Shown here one piece after another: positions 37,561 to 50,199 of a stretch of DNA of 64,000 bases. Every line of letters starts with the position of its first letter. Position 1 is the stretch's first letter. A program made the translations under genes and the position numbers. The DNA lies in assembly GCA_050084515.1 (NCBI GenBank), contig CM114271.1, forward strand, positions 22,010,001 through 22,074,000. The letters are read 5' to 3'. The notes below the pieces were generated by a model, which was not told the DNA's origin, made no database searches, and saw only the letters and a program-made list of their open reading frames with translations. This DNA is from Blasia pusilla. Taxonomy: Eukaryota.

Positions 37561-39949
37561 AAATCTTGAGGAGACGATAACTTCATGAAATGTTTTTAAT
37601 AATAAAAGAAACTATCAATCAACAAGTTGATCTAGTTGTGTATCACGATGGCTTTCATCTATTGGATTATGTAGTAGGTCTCGATCCTAAATGTTTTGAC
37701 TTTATGTGTCTCACTTTGCATACAAAAGACTCCATGACCAATAAATCAACATAAATCAAAGAGTATGAATTAATTACTCTATTCTCCACCGAGTTCATCC
37801 GTCCGTCGAAGAGGCCGCACTCATCGAGAGGAGTGTTTTTTTAACCCTATTCTCTCATTGCAAATTTCATTCTCCATGGTGGTGTATGTGTGTGAGGGCC
37901 GTTTCCCACCAGTTATGCTTGTTTAGCAGTTTTCCACATTGAGGCGTGCCACATTTAAAGAGTAGTTACAGAGTTGTTAATTGAAGAAGACTAACTACTT
38001 AAGGGATGAAAAAAACCTCCTTTATTAGTATAAATCCTAATGAAGGACCTATTATGTCCTTGCAAAATCAAATCTATAGTGTACAATTTTAAAACCGCTC
38101 CAATTAAAAATTCTTTTCAATAAATTTGAGCTTAAGTTGGGGAAAGAAATTGGTTGTTCCTTTGTGAGGAGGACAAACTGCTGACACGTGAAAGGATGAA
38201 TGAAGTGGTTGTTGATATGTGGAGGAAATGAAGGTGTGAGTTCATCTCACAATGGATTTTTCTGATGCGATTATATGCGAGGGAATGCACGATCACTAGT
38301 TTGATCTATAATTATCATGTGGAGAGAGATAAATCCAATAAGATTTGCATCCTTGAAAATTGATACAATGGAAGCCTTGCATATTTCTCATATCTTGTCA
38401 TTTATATGTGAGAGGCTTATAGAAAACCCTCAAAATGAGATGATTCCACTGTTCCTTGTTAAAAAAAAATGCCATGATGTTAGTATAGAGTGAATTTACA
38501 AGTGGAGCCCGAATAGTCCCAAAGGTGGTTTGAGGTGGAAAGCATGCAATTTTCTTCCATTTTCTCTGTCTAAGGGATTGGAAGAAAATATTGATAGATA
38601 CATCCAAAAAAACTATATTGTAATATAAAGAAAGAAAAAATTAATGGGGAAGTTACTATTTGTGGGAGTTATGTGAAAAAAAAGTGAATCAATATCAATA
38701 TTATTATTGGAGAGTGCCCATAAGATTCCGGAGCTCATTTCCTATTGACATTGCCATTTTTTAACCAATCGGATCATGACACGTGTGCTTAGATAATTTA
38801 GAGTGACTTTGGAGAATAATGAAGTTAGGGGTCAATTAGAGGTCTACGAGGATCAGTAATGATGGGTGTTTCAAATTACTCATCATTAGATACCTACCGC
38901 GGGTCTTTCAAATGGAATACCCATTCGCAAAGTTACTTCTTTGGGCATCCCGATGGTTAGTGCTTGGAGTTCTTCTTTTTGAGCTTGCTTTCCTAATGAC
39001 GGATTTTATAGAAAATCCACATAATGTACCCAAATGAATGGTTAGGACACAATTGAGGACACAATAATGAAATTAGGACACACTTTTTTTCATTATTTTG
39101 TAAAAAAAGTGATGCATAAGAGGGCATCCTTGCTTGCTAGATCCTGATTTTTTCGGATACATGTTGTGTCCTATAAATCCCTTCCTCAAATGATTCCATT
39201 CCAGGTCAGATTTAACCCAACCCCGGGTTTATGATGGAACTCAAAGCCGGTCAACGATTCAGGTGCTCGTCGGAGCTCGGTACTACCCGTAAAGAACAAG
39301 CTTCCGTCACAACGTATTCTGGCACGACCAGAAGTGAATACTACTACGGTGTACAACAAAAACCGGTCGCTTCTGAAAGACCCGGTTTTGAACGTGGAAT
39401 GAAACCCTGGAGTAGCCGGCCCGGGCGCTGTAGACTACCAAAGAGCAAAGTTCTTCGTAGAGGACCGGCCACTGCCGGTTGCGCGGTCTCGTGAGTCCAG
39501 TCGTGCGTTATGGCAGAACGAGGCGAGAATTGTTCCTCGTCTGCGTCGGTGCGGTGCAGCCCATCGCAGTGCGCAGGTGAGGTGAGGTGAGGGTAGGAGA
39601 GAAGGGACGGGAGGGGAGAGGACGGATTCGAGATTTGGAATACTGTGGATGTGGCGTGACTTCTAATGCAAGTTTGCTGCGTTGCAGCCGAAGTTGTCAT
39701 GCAGGGGAGGAGTGTCTGATGTGAGGATTGATGTGCATATTTCTGATGTGTTGGACGCAATTCTGAGAGAAGGGATGGATCGGAGGGGAAGATGAAGCGA
39801 TTTGGATGACCTTTGCAGTTCGGTTTGGATGATTCTGACGGGGAGGACAGCGGTGTCTTCAGGACTGAGAATTACGATATTTGGTCGTTGTTCTGATCGC
39901 TAGTGAAGAGGAATTGGCCGGGAAGGCAGACTACTGACGATCTGCAAGG

Positions 39950-42724
39950 ATGAAGCGCGTTTTTGGAGTAAAGAAAGAGAAAGCTTCTGCTCCCACGGTC
40001 GAGGAAGCAACTGAGCGTGTGAGTTTCCATTATGTAGTGTGCCCTGAAACCTGGTGGTTTGTTTAGGACTTTTGAGTTGTGAGTTGGTCGTCGCTCGGGA
40101 GAACGGATACTGGACATGGCAACATGCGGCCGGTCCCATTAGAACTGGATGTCCTGGTAAAATGGTCGAAAGAATGAGCGGAATCTGGAGATGTTGTTTC
40201 CTATTTCCGCTTCAATAGAGCACTTGGAAGCTCTTCGAAATAGGTTCGCGGAACGTACTTGTGGACATTTGTATCAACTTTGTCATTAAAATGTGCAACT
40301 TTGCTTCTCATTGGTAGTCGAAACGAAATCGTGTTCACGGACTGCTCAGACGTTTGACTTCGCCAGATACAAGTGGATAATATGCTTTAACGCTAAGTAG
40401 AAAGACAACTCTGAGTATGGTGTTCGGTCTGTGCAGATGAACAAGAGAGGAGACAATGTTGATGAAAAAATTAAAAAGCTGGATGCTGAGCTTGTCAAGT
40501 ACCGAGAACAAATTAAAAGGACAAGGCCTGGTCCTGCTCAGGAGGCTGTAAAGGCTCGTGCCATGAGAATTCTTAAGCAGAAGAAAATGTGAGTTAACTC
40601 TTTAGAATTGTATTCAGTCGATTCAACCTACAATTGAATTACCCGATAGCTGGGATCTCCTGAACGGGAAGAGGCTTTTATTATGCAACCAAACGAAGAA
40701 TACCTGGAACAATATCAACCAGGGTATACGGCTGTTCATCATTCCTTACCGCATCGCCCTTACTCTGGAAGGTTCCACTTACACCGCTGAGGCTCCACTT
40801 CAACATCTTCTCAAACTTCGCTGTCGGTCATACTGACAAGGGTCAAAATGCATCCTTGGCGCAATTTATCCTAAAATCTTCATCAGGATACTCTCACATT
40901 GCCACCTTGAGAGAGATTCTCGAGCTTTTGCTTTGCTCGCTTTACTTTTCATTCCTCTGACTTTCTGCCTCGGCAGGTACTTTTAAACTAAGGGGAATTG
41001 TAGGATGCGGTATGATATTTTGATTCCACTGACATGCAAGTAATAACCCAGTTTCGTAATTGGATTATCGCTGACCCACGAGGTCCTCCACTGTCCTGTC
41101 AGGTATGAAGGACAACGTGATCAACTATACAGCCAAACATTCAACCTTGAGCAAGTTGCATTCGCCACAGAAGGAATCAAGGATGCTCAGCAGACTGTAT
41201 GATCTTATGCACCCTCTCGCCATCTTTCTCCTGATCGGCTGCCACCTTACCTCCCCTACTGCACTTCATTGCATGTTGATGCAATGTAGTCTCTCATGGA
41301 GCAGCTATTTCACGTACACACTGCTTAGTGTTGCTGCTATCTTCTTCGTCAAGCAGTATGGTGATCCTTTTGTTCTTGTTCACCTTGAGCTGTCCTGGAT
41401 TTCAAGAGTTAACACTAACATTTGACATCAAATCAAATCGGAGACAGATGTCAGCAATGAAGGCGGCCAACAAGGAGCTGAAGGGAACTATGAAGACATT
41501 GAAAATCAATGACATTGATGTGAGTTAAAGGGCCATATTTTCTTTCTCCCCATTCACGAGCAAATTTCTCTTGCTGACTGACCATTTTAACTCACTTTCA
41601 AGGGCCGTTTTTCTAGGGCATGCTCTCTGCAGATAAGCCATGAAGAGGGTTACTGACACGAGATATATGACCACATCTGTTACAGAAAATGCAAGATGAA
41701 ATGATGGACTTAGTGGACTACAGCAATGAAATTCAGGAATCCTTGGGACGCAGCTACAGTGTGCCTGATGATATTGACGAAGATGAACTTATGGGAGGTA
41801 ATATGATTCACTTCTGCTATCCACATGTGAAGGATCTTTCTTTCTCCTGCATAGAAGTATGGTAATTTATATATCCTATATCCACGTTTAGGACTTGGCT
41901 GACAAAAATCAGATAGAGTTCAACTTAAGCAACAAGAATGTGAGAATGTTGCATGATGTGGTGGTAAATGTAGTGCCATTGACAAAAATCCATCAATTTC
42001 TCCCTCAGATCAGCATGTATTCTCGTAGGTGTGGTAGTGTTTTGCAATGTTTAGGGTGTCAGTAATTTGAAGATTCTAATATTTGTACTCGCGAATCTCT
42101 TCATTCATTCAATTGAAATAAATCAGTTACTTAATTCGTTTTGGTGGAATTGGTCTCCAACAGAACTTGCAGCATTAGAGGAGGATATGGGAAGTGAAGA
42201 TGTGTCTGATGGGGTACCAGCTTACTTGCAACCCGACAAGGAACCCGAGTATGAGCCAGATCTGAATCTGCCCTCGGCACCCTCTGGGCAAACTCCTATT
42301 CCTCAGGCTACCAATGCACAGGTTTGCTCTTCTATATGAGTAATGTATGTTCATATGGTCAGTGTGTTGGTATCTGGTCCTGCTATTTCAAATCCTGCTG
42401 AATTCTTGAAGGCTCTAGTTGAAGGGTTCTTAGCTCTGGATGTTTCTTCCTATGGATCTTGCTTCCTGTGATGCCAAAACATTCTCAAAGGGTAGTTATA
42501 AGAAGGTTGTGATCTCTTGTCATTCTCTTGCAACTTTTGTCATCAAACAAATCAAGAAAAGCTGAAACAGATGGGAGGTGGATGGTTGTCTTCCTCCCAT
42601 CGGGGAAGAGTCAGGAATAATACTAACATGGAACATCATTGTTCCTGACAGAGGGCTTAACTGTGATGGACAGGTTGATGAATATGGCTTTCCTGCAGCT
42701 CCAAGGGCCTCAGTCCGAACATGA
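39950..42724 (+). CDS. VPS60: Vacuolar protein sorting-associated protein 60 / CHMP5 (SNF7 family, ESCRT-III associated), 7 exons
   Basis: MKRVFGVKKEKASAPTVEEATER (39950-40018), MNKRGDNVDEKIKKLDAEL...RILKQKKM, YEGQRDQLYSQTFNLEQV, MSAMKAANKELK, MQDEMMDL...DIDEDELMG, ELAALEEDM, VDEYGFPAAPRASVRT* (TGA 42722-42724); GT-AG introns. Confidence 0.93.
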
Positions 42725-43819
42725 TCAAGGACCTGTCTTTTGAGATTTGATTTCACATTTGATAAAAGAGGTGGATGGTTGGAAAGTGGATCACCACTGA
42801 CCTATAAGATTACCTGGTTGTAAAGCCCTACACTTCTCCTATCAATGAATATGCCGAGAAAAGTCCCAAAGTAGGACCATCATGGAGGGTCCTTGTACAG
42901 AGAGCAGTGTCGAGCTCAATTTGAAGCTTTAATCATGGCTTCTGAGGGTTTGTTTTCATCTTCATGTCACAGTTGTACAGAAAAGCTGTGCCTATTTATT
43001 TGGTCGTCCTATCACCTTCACATCCCTAATTATGTCATGGGATATCACGATTTAAGGAGACACATGGGAGAAGTGGGATATTACTGGAGCCTCTTTGGAG
43101 AAGTGGGATGTTATGAGGCCTTGGTACTCAATATCAGATCCTGGTAGCATTTAGAGGGAGTTGACTTGGCACGGAAGTTAGTATCTTATATTATCACTAT
43201 TGAAAGTGACATAAAGTTAGTGAGTTTTCCTTGCCAGTTGTAAGACCATTTTATTGGATCTGAAATTCATCATTAGCCAATGAAATCACGGCAGCATATT
43301 TGAGGGCCAATTTAAAAGGGTTTATGAATAAGTGATCGCTATGTAATGGGCATGATCAAAGCTCCTGATTGAATGTGCAGCAAACTTGAAATCAGTTTAG
43401 GGAACTCACTGTACATCTTTATTTTCCTCCTGAACATATCTCCAAAAAATAAAATTCGGTTCTTCAGTTGAAAAATCATTCAGATAAATCAGATCTAGGC
43501 TGGAAAAGACAATTTACGTACCAAAATTCACCTTCTAATGCACTTATTATCCACTTCTGTCATGGAAAGGGCACTGCATCTAAACTTTTGACCGTCCTGT
43601 TTGAACAGTGTCTCACAATTTATCCAACTTGGATCAACAGACACCGCCATACAATGCAGTTGTAAGATTACAGGGTCTAAGTCTGCTGTTAACTCTTGCG
43701 CACAGGAGTCCACCTCAACTTATTCTTCTGTTTGGTCCAAGGTGGCTTATAAAACTATAGCCGAGGTTGCCCTAACCCATCCTTCCAGACCGGTGTCTAA
43801 GCTGTATCCACATGTGGCC

Positions 43820-46800
43820 TCAATCCAGGCGTGAAAGGATTGAATCTGCAAACTTCTGCTGCCTGCACATTCAACTCACACAATGATGGTGTGAAGTAAC
43901 CTGAGCCTCCAAGACTGCTAAGACTAAAAAGTCCAACATTTCTAGGCAAATTGAAGACAAAAGAACAGTGCCATTTAAAGTTGTGAGAGAACTCACTTTT
44001 TCTCAGTCAGTTTGATACTTGGCCGGTAATACTTCAGATAGCCATCCCATGGAACCTTCTTAATTCCTGCTCTATCAGCAATCATGTCTCGAACTCTGTA
44101 GCATATGGCAATAATTCTAGTCAGTTTGCAATGCCCCCAATCCTCTGAAACTCATTTTGGAAGCTGTACTTCTGCATTGTGTTGCAACAAAAAACCCTCA
44201 ACAGAGGGGATGTTACTATCTTGGTGGTTAGAATTACAGTCAGTGACCAACATCAAGAACAGTGTAACAGAGATGGAAGAATTCCTAAAAAGAAAAAGAC
44301 AGCGCCTAAATGAATTGAGAACTTGCCTGAGATACCTTGTCTGGGACTCTAAACCACAGCACATTGATCAGTGAAAGACCAGGTGAATACCTCTCAGCAA
44401 ATTCAATCGGGGTCTCGCCTGGGCGTAGTGTCTGGGGTTCAAGGTACCATACATCACAAACGACTGCCCACGATGTCATGAGCCGTATCAAGTGCATTGT
44501 GAATGACTGCCTGCCACCAAATCATGAACGGACCGTCAACACCCATCACCAAGCTCTTGATACATGCATGTAAAAGAGCAAAATGCAAGTTTCTGTGAAC
44601 TGCACAATTTTTTACTCCTCCCCCCAGAGGTTGCAACCATAATCATCTCAAATTCAGATCTGGATGCACCTAAACTGGAACAAAACAAGTCATCAACTGG
44701 AACAAGGACTTACTTCTTGCTGTTCCAAAATGCATCAACAAAGATTTTGTTGTACTTTATTGCAATGGGGCACACTGTGCAGTCCAGCTCAAAAGCACCC
44801 TGTACTCACTTTGGGCACCCTTAGTTCAATGCCTGACAAGAGTACCACACTGGTCCCTCATGAAAGCAAGAGCCATCATATGGCCCACAGAGCAGAGTTC
44901 TTCACAGTGACGAGAAAACAAATATAGGATACCATCTTGCAGTAAATACCTTCTTGAACATCACTGTGTACTCATTGTTTACACAGGTTCCTTCCGGAAA
45001 TATGAGCAGTGGATTGCTATCGTGATGCTCTACATGTTGCTTGAGCCTGTAAAAAAATCAACAATGTCACAAACAGAAATGAACATCGAAATGCAGTGGG
45101 AATGACAATAAGCTCAAGAGAGGAATGTTTCATCAGTTGAGACAGGCCTTTCCTTCCGCCACAGTTAAGAGTCCCACATTATTGGGCCCATTTGGTTGAT
45201 AGCACATCATTGTTATGAAATTTGCTACAAAATGATAGTTGTTAGGACTCCTTGGGGAGAGACACAACAGTGTAGGAGGGGATGTGAAGGCCAACAATGC
45301 CACATACTTGTCAACATCAATGCTTGGAGTCCTCCAACAACTTACTTCTGAGCAACAATAAGTCTGTCCTTGGACTCTGTGCGGTCAAACCAGATACAGC
45401 CCAAGCTTTCCAAAACAGTGGTCTGCAGCAACCCTGCCAACACAGAATGTCAAATCTTGACACATCATTGCTGGCTGCAATCAACCTTGGAGAAACTGAC
45501 ATTTAAATAAAACCAAGGGCCCTAGGGACGTGCTGCCATTAGTATCACAAAGAACTTACCAACCCATCCAGGATGCTTCTGCATAATGACTGCAAAAGCA
45601 GTCATTTGCTCCAATATTATAAAATCAATCATAGATGTATGATTTGCTACAAAGACCTGTCTCCACAGAAGATGAAATTTATTATTCAAAGGGCATACTT
45701 CTGGTTCAGATATTCACTGATCTTTCTAGCTAATGAAAACATTTCTATTCATCAGGTACATGTAAGACCCAGCAGAAAATCTTACATTTTAATTCAATAA
45801 GTCATTTGCAGCATAATTTCCTGATGCACTGGCAAGAAGAACAGAGGCAAAACGACCTGGATGCCAGTTTTGACAACCGAACCTGGAAAAAAGAAAACAA
45901 GACAATTCATCCTGAAAGAGGATAGTGGTGAATTGCTAATGTCTCCGACAGAACCAGTATGAGATGCGCAAATCACCTGCTTGGGGCGTCGACTGGGTCG
46001 TGGGCCATGATACTTGACTACGCCTGTCCAAGAAGCAACAAACACGCTGCAGATGAACTCCACTAAACCTCGCTGTGATAGGAAATACATCCATACTCCG
46101 AAGTCAGATCAGAATAACACGGATAAGCTGCAAACTTTTGTCTTTCCCTTCTCTTTTGTTCTACTGCAGTACCCCAGGAACATTCTCAACAGCTTGTCAG
46201 GTCTGATGTGACAACTACCAAATGGTATCACAATTGCGCATGCAAAATAAGTCACATCTAAGTTCCCCATGAGACATACAAACCCACACGAAGCTGTGAA
46301 TAATGATTCAGACTAGCGCTGTATATGACTGAAGAAGCCAAACTATTCGCTTCACCCTTCCTATATAAGTATGCCATTTATTCAACTGTAAACAAAGGAA
46401 AATGAATTTTGACTTACTTCAATTGTCTTCCGCAGATTCTCATGATTTTTTATCCCAAAATGAACAGGAAGAAATAATCCAAGAAAAATGATCCATCCTA
46501 TTGTAAGCAGCACAAGCCTGTGATTGAAGGTTTCTTAGCACACTTGGCCAATATCAGGTCAAAGAAACAACGCAGATTTTCTGTCCTCGGAACTTCAGAT
46601 CATAAGTAATAAACTGGAAGTGATCACAGATCATTCAACAATGGCCTCATTATAAGATCCTTGAAGTCAAAAACATCTACTTCGTGAACAACTAAGGCCA
46701 TTTCTAGTGGTGTTTCTTTGGCAAGTACCAGCGTACCTGATGGGGAACAAAATTCCATATCGTACAATAAGTCCCAAGACCCAGAGAGGAAACAAATATA

Positions 46801-47736
46801 TATTCCAGTTCCAGGGCTCTGGTGCGTTAGACTTGAAGCATCTGGTAAATGAGTCCTGTCACCAAGAAACTTACTTGTCATTGCATTGCCGTCATGGATT
46901 TTTTACTGGACAAACCATCCAACCCGTCGTTGGAATACTAATGAGAGGAGCTTTTGATATATCCTAGCAGTTGCTTAGTTTGAAGGCAGCTAAAAGGTTC
47001 TTTCTGTCTTGTGTTCCCACATGTCCGAAGAAAAGAACGTCTAATGTCCTGGGTTTCTTACATCGACGCGGCATTGAGGGACGGATCTGGACTAGCATGT
47101 AGAGCCGAAGAGAAACAAAAATTTGGAGGAGTTTAGAAACTTACATCTATAATCGCACTTGCTGCCTCGTTCAGTACGGGAGATATGTCTAAGAGATCAC
47201 GACTGAATCTTGTCAAGGATAAAACTTCTTGAAACTAGGTAGTTATATGTAAAATCAACCGGATTGAGTAAGATAAAATCTACTGAATAAGCGGTAGGCT
47301 AAAAGGAATCATCGAACAGACTGTTAGAAAAATACTATAAAGGATTTTGGATTCGAGTGATGAATTAAGAGCAGAAGGCAACAGTCTTCTCATATAGCAG
47401 TGTTCTCAGAGAAAATAAACTGAAGGACTCCATTCAATGCATTCTAAATTCTGTCTCCATTGTAGCGCTCAGTGTGATATTCTCACCGTTGTGACAGTCA
47501 CACAGATGAGTAAAGTATCCACATATTAGGTCTGACACAAATTCAGCAGAAGTTCAAATCCTCGAAGTTTAAAAAAAGGGGGAACGTCAGGGTGCAGCAC
47601 AAGATGGCGGATACAGCAACACCTTGTCCTTGTCCGCCTTGTACGCTGTATCAGACAGCAAATCTTCAACATGCCTCTGGTACAAATTGATTTCGGATTT
47701 GGAGGGTTTGAACAAGGAGGCGTCGCGTCCTTGCAT
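43820..47736 (-). CDS. GPAT9: Glycerol-3-phosphate acyltransferase 9 (ER), about 12 exons
   Basis: MQGRD...KSEINLYQRHVEDLL (ATG 47736), RDLLDISP, DSFTRCFKSN..EPWNWNIYLFP, VASWTGVVKYHGPRPS, ANHTSMIDF, LLIFPEGTCVNN, WYLEPQ, VPWDGYLKY, QQKFADSILSRLD* (43820). Confidence 0.93.
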
Positions 47737-50199
47737 CGTGCAAATGAGATCACGAACCACGGTCAAAGCCTAGCTGCACCTATTTTCTCAGGATCCGTAT
47801 TCGTCGCCAATTCCTTCTGCGCAATGCTCACGGGATTTCACTGACGGCTACCTTCTTTCCTCACTCCAACTTTCTAATCGCCTTTCTCTGACGATTGATT
47901 TGCATAGACCCGAACCCCTTCAGGGAAATCCCGCGCACTAATTCTTCGTCGGCTCCGCCACGGATGCATGGAGAGGCCTTGCACGGAGCTTTGCGCGTTG
48001 ATGAGGGAAGGCTCGGCTACTGACGGACGGACTCCACCTTATGTATGACTCCGGCACCCATGGTCCATCCATCTTCATATTGTGTGGAAGGCTCCTATGG
48101 ACCTCCTGCTAAAAAACAAGACCACCTCCAATTTATGAGAAGGTGTTCATTTTTAGCACCTCTCTTTTTGATATAATAGTCTATGCCCTCGGAGATGCAC
48201 CGGTTAGAAATGGCTAGCCCATTATTCTAAAATGTGACTCCATAATAATTTGACATATCCCCAAAACCCCGCCTCATATGGTGGCAAATTTGCATTGGTC
48301 AAAGTTGTTCGACGTCCAATGGTTACGCAATAATAGTCTAGATGGGTAATTTAAATTACCCTTCATTACCCTAAAGCATTCCATTGATTTGACGGAGCCC
48401 AAATGACCATAAGAACTGCAAGTACAAGTATGTGGAGACAAGTGGTGAACTTCTATTGGTCAAGATTGTCAAGTGTCGATGTCTCAGGTAAGCATTGTGA
48501 GATGCATATCTCTGATAATAGTATAGATGGCAATCTGGTCTTACTCAACAAATTGTGAATGCCTGTCCATTGTAGATCTTGACTTCCTTGATTTCCTAAA
48601 CGATTAGACAAAAAATTTCCACTGGAACATGAGATCGATGGTATTTAGGGGCAATCCTTATTCAACGAGGATTAGGCTATTGACTTCATCACATATGATA
48701 CATAGCTAATATGCTCCCACCACTCAGAAGCTGATATTTTTATTTGATCACGCTTGGCCATATTTTTGAGGACTCTCAAATTATTCCTCTCCAAATCCAA
48801 TTAGATTGCCAACCAAATCCATATTTCCGGACCTTGCTTACATACTCTAACTTCCATTAGTTACCCCTATTTGGCAATGGTTGTAAGGTTTTATTGACTA
48901 CCAACATTAACTTACAAGTATAAGTTGCAAACTATAGCAGTTGTGGAAAGTGAAACATATAAAGATGATATAGTTTATGCAATTATCGTAAGAACCCTTT
49001 CCAGCCAGCAAGTTGTAAAGATTACAAGGAAAAACTACTCAAGCCTAAGATATGAAAAACACAGGAAATTCTAAACAAGGAGTTTTCCTTATTTGTGGGC
49101 TATGCTATGACTGGTCATAAGAATTAAGGGTTGACATTGTATGGAAAATACCTAGTAGTTGTTAAATATTCATCTCCCCCTAGACTTAAGTATCTTCTAC
49201 TTTTGAGAGTAAGGACCGTATCACGATTTTCACATTTTAGGAGATGTAAGTCATAATGATTTTCGGGGTTTTTTTTGCCAATAATAGCATATAATTTATG
49301 TATCATGGCCATGTTTTTCTAATATGGTGTGTAGTTTCCAAAATTGGCTTCCCATGGAAATACCTCCTATCCACGTGGCAGGAAGGCCAACAATATTGCA
49401 CATCCAATGATTCAATCTCCAGGTCAGTCGGCATTGAGCACGCGCGTAGCATGAGCAAACGTATGGCATGCATACCTCAATTACTACATGAGTGTTTTTC
49501 AGTGTATATGATTTACTTCAGGCATTTGTGTAGCCTTACTGGCTTGTTAAATGCTCAATATTTTTTTATGGTGAACACGTGCTTTCAAATTAGATATGTT
49601 AATATTGTTGTATGTAGTGGGTGGCCTTTGCAGACGATAAATCTACCAGAAGCTCAAGAGGAAGCTTCATGATTATTCTAAGTTCATGGAATTGTTCAAG
49701 CTTTATTCCACCTACAAGTTGAGCATAATGGGTTGCAACCTATTGGCACGTCAAGTTAGCTTCAATGAAGTCGATACCATTGAAGGCCATCACTTCCTTC
49801 TGAAACTTGATTACACATGGACAATGATTACTTGTTGGATATCATATAGAAAAATAGCATTGGATATAGTGGACACAAGTATATAAGAAAAAAATATGCA
49901 AGAAACACATAGGTCCCTATAACAGGGGGATGTTTCTTCAACTCCTAGAATGAGGAAGCCTAGGACTTGCATTGATCAATTAAGCGGCTCATCTTTCGAC
50001 TAGAGATTTTACCCCCAAGTAGGACTCGTCAAGGCCTAAGCTGTTGACATACCTAAGTTGGGCATCTTTTGGTGGAACAACCTGAGGCTGGTTGTCATGG
50101 GGGAGTGTAGGCTTATCATTCAGGATCATCTTGGCGAAATCAATATATGATATTGGTATCTAAATCATGTTTGTTAGTGAATGGCCACACGAATACATT

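Noticed and set aside
39001-39180. Possible small MITE (GGATTTTATAG...CTATAAATCC with AGGACACA repeats)
   Set aside because: Inverted ends are short and imperfect, and there is no TSD or second copy in the window.
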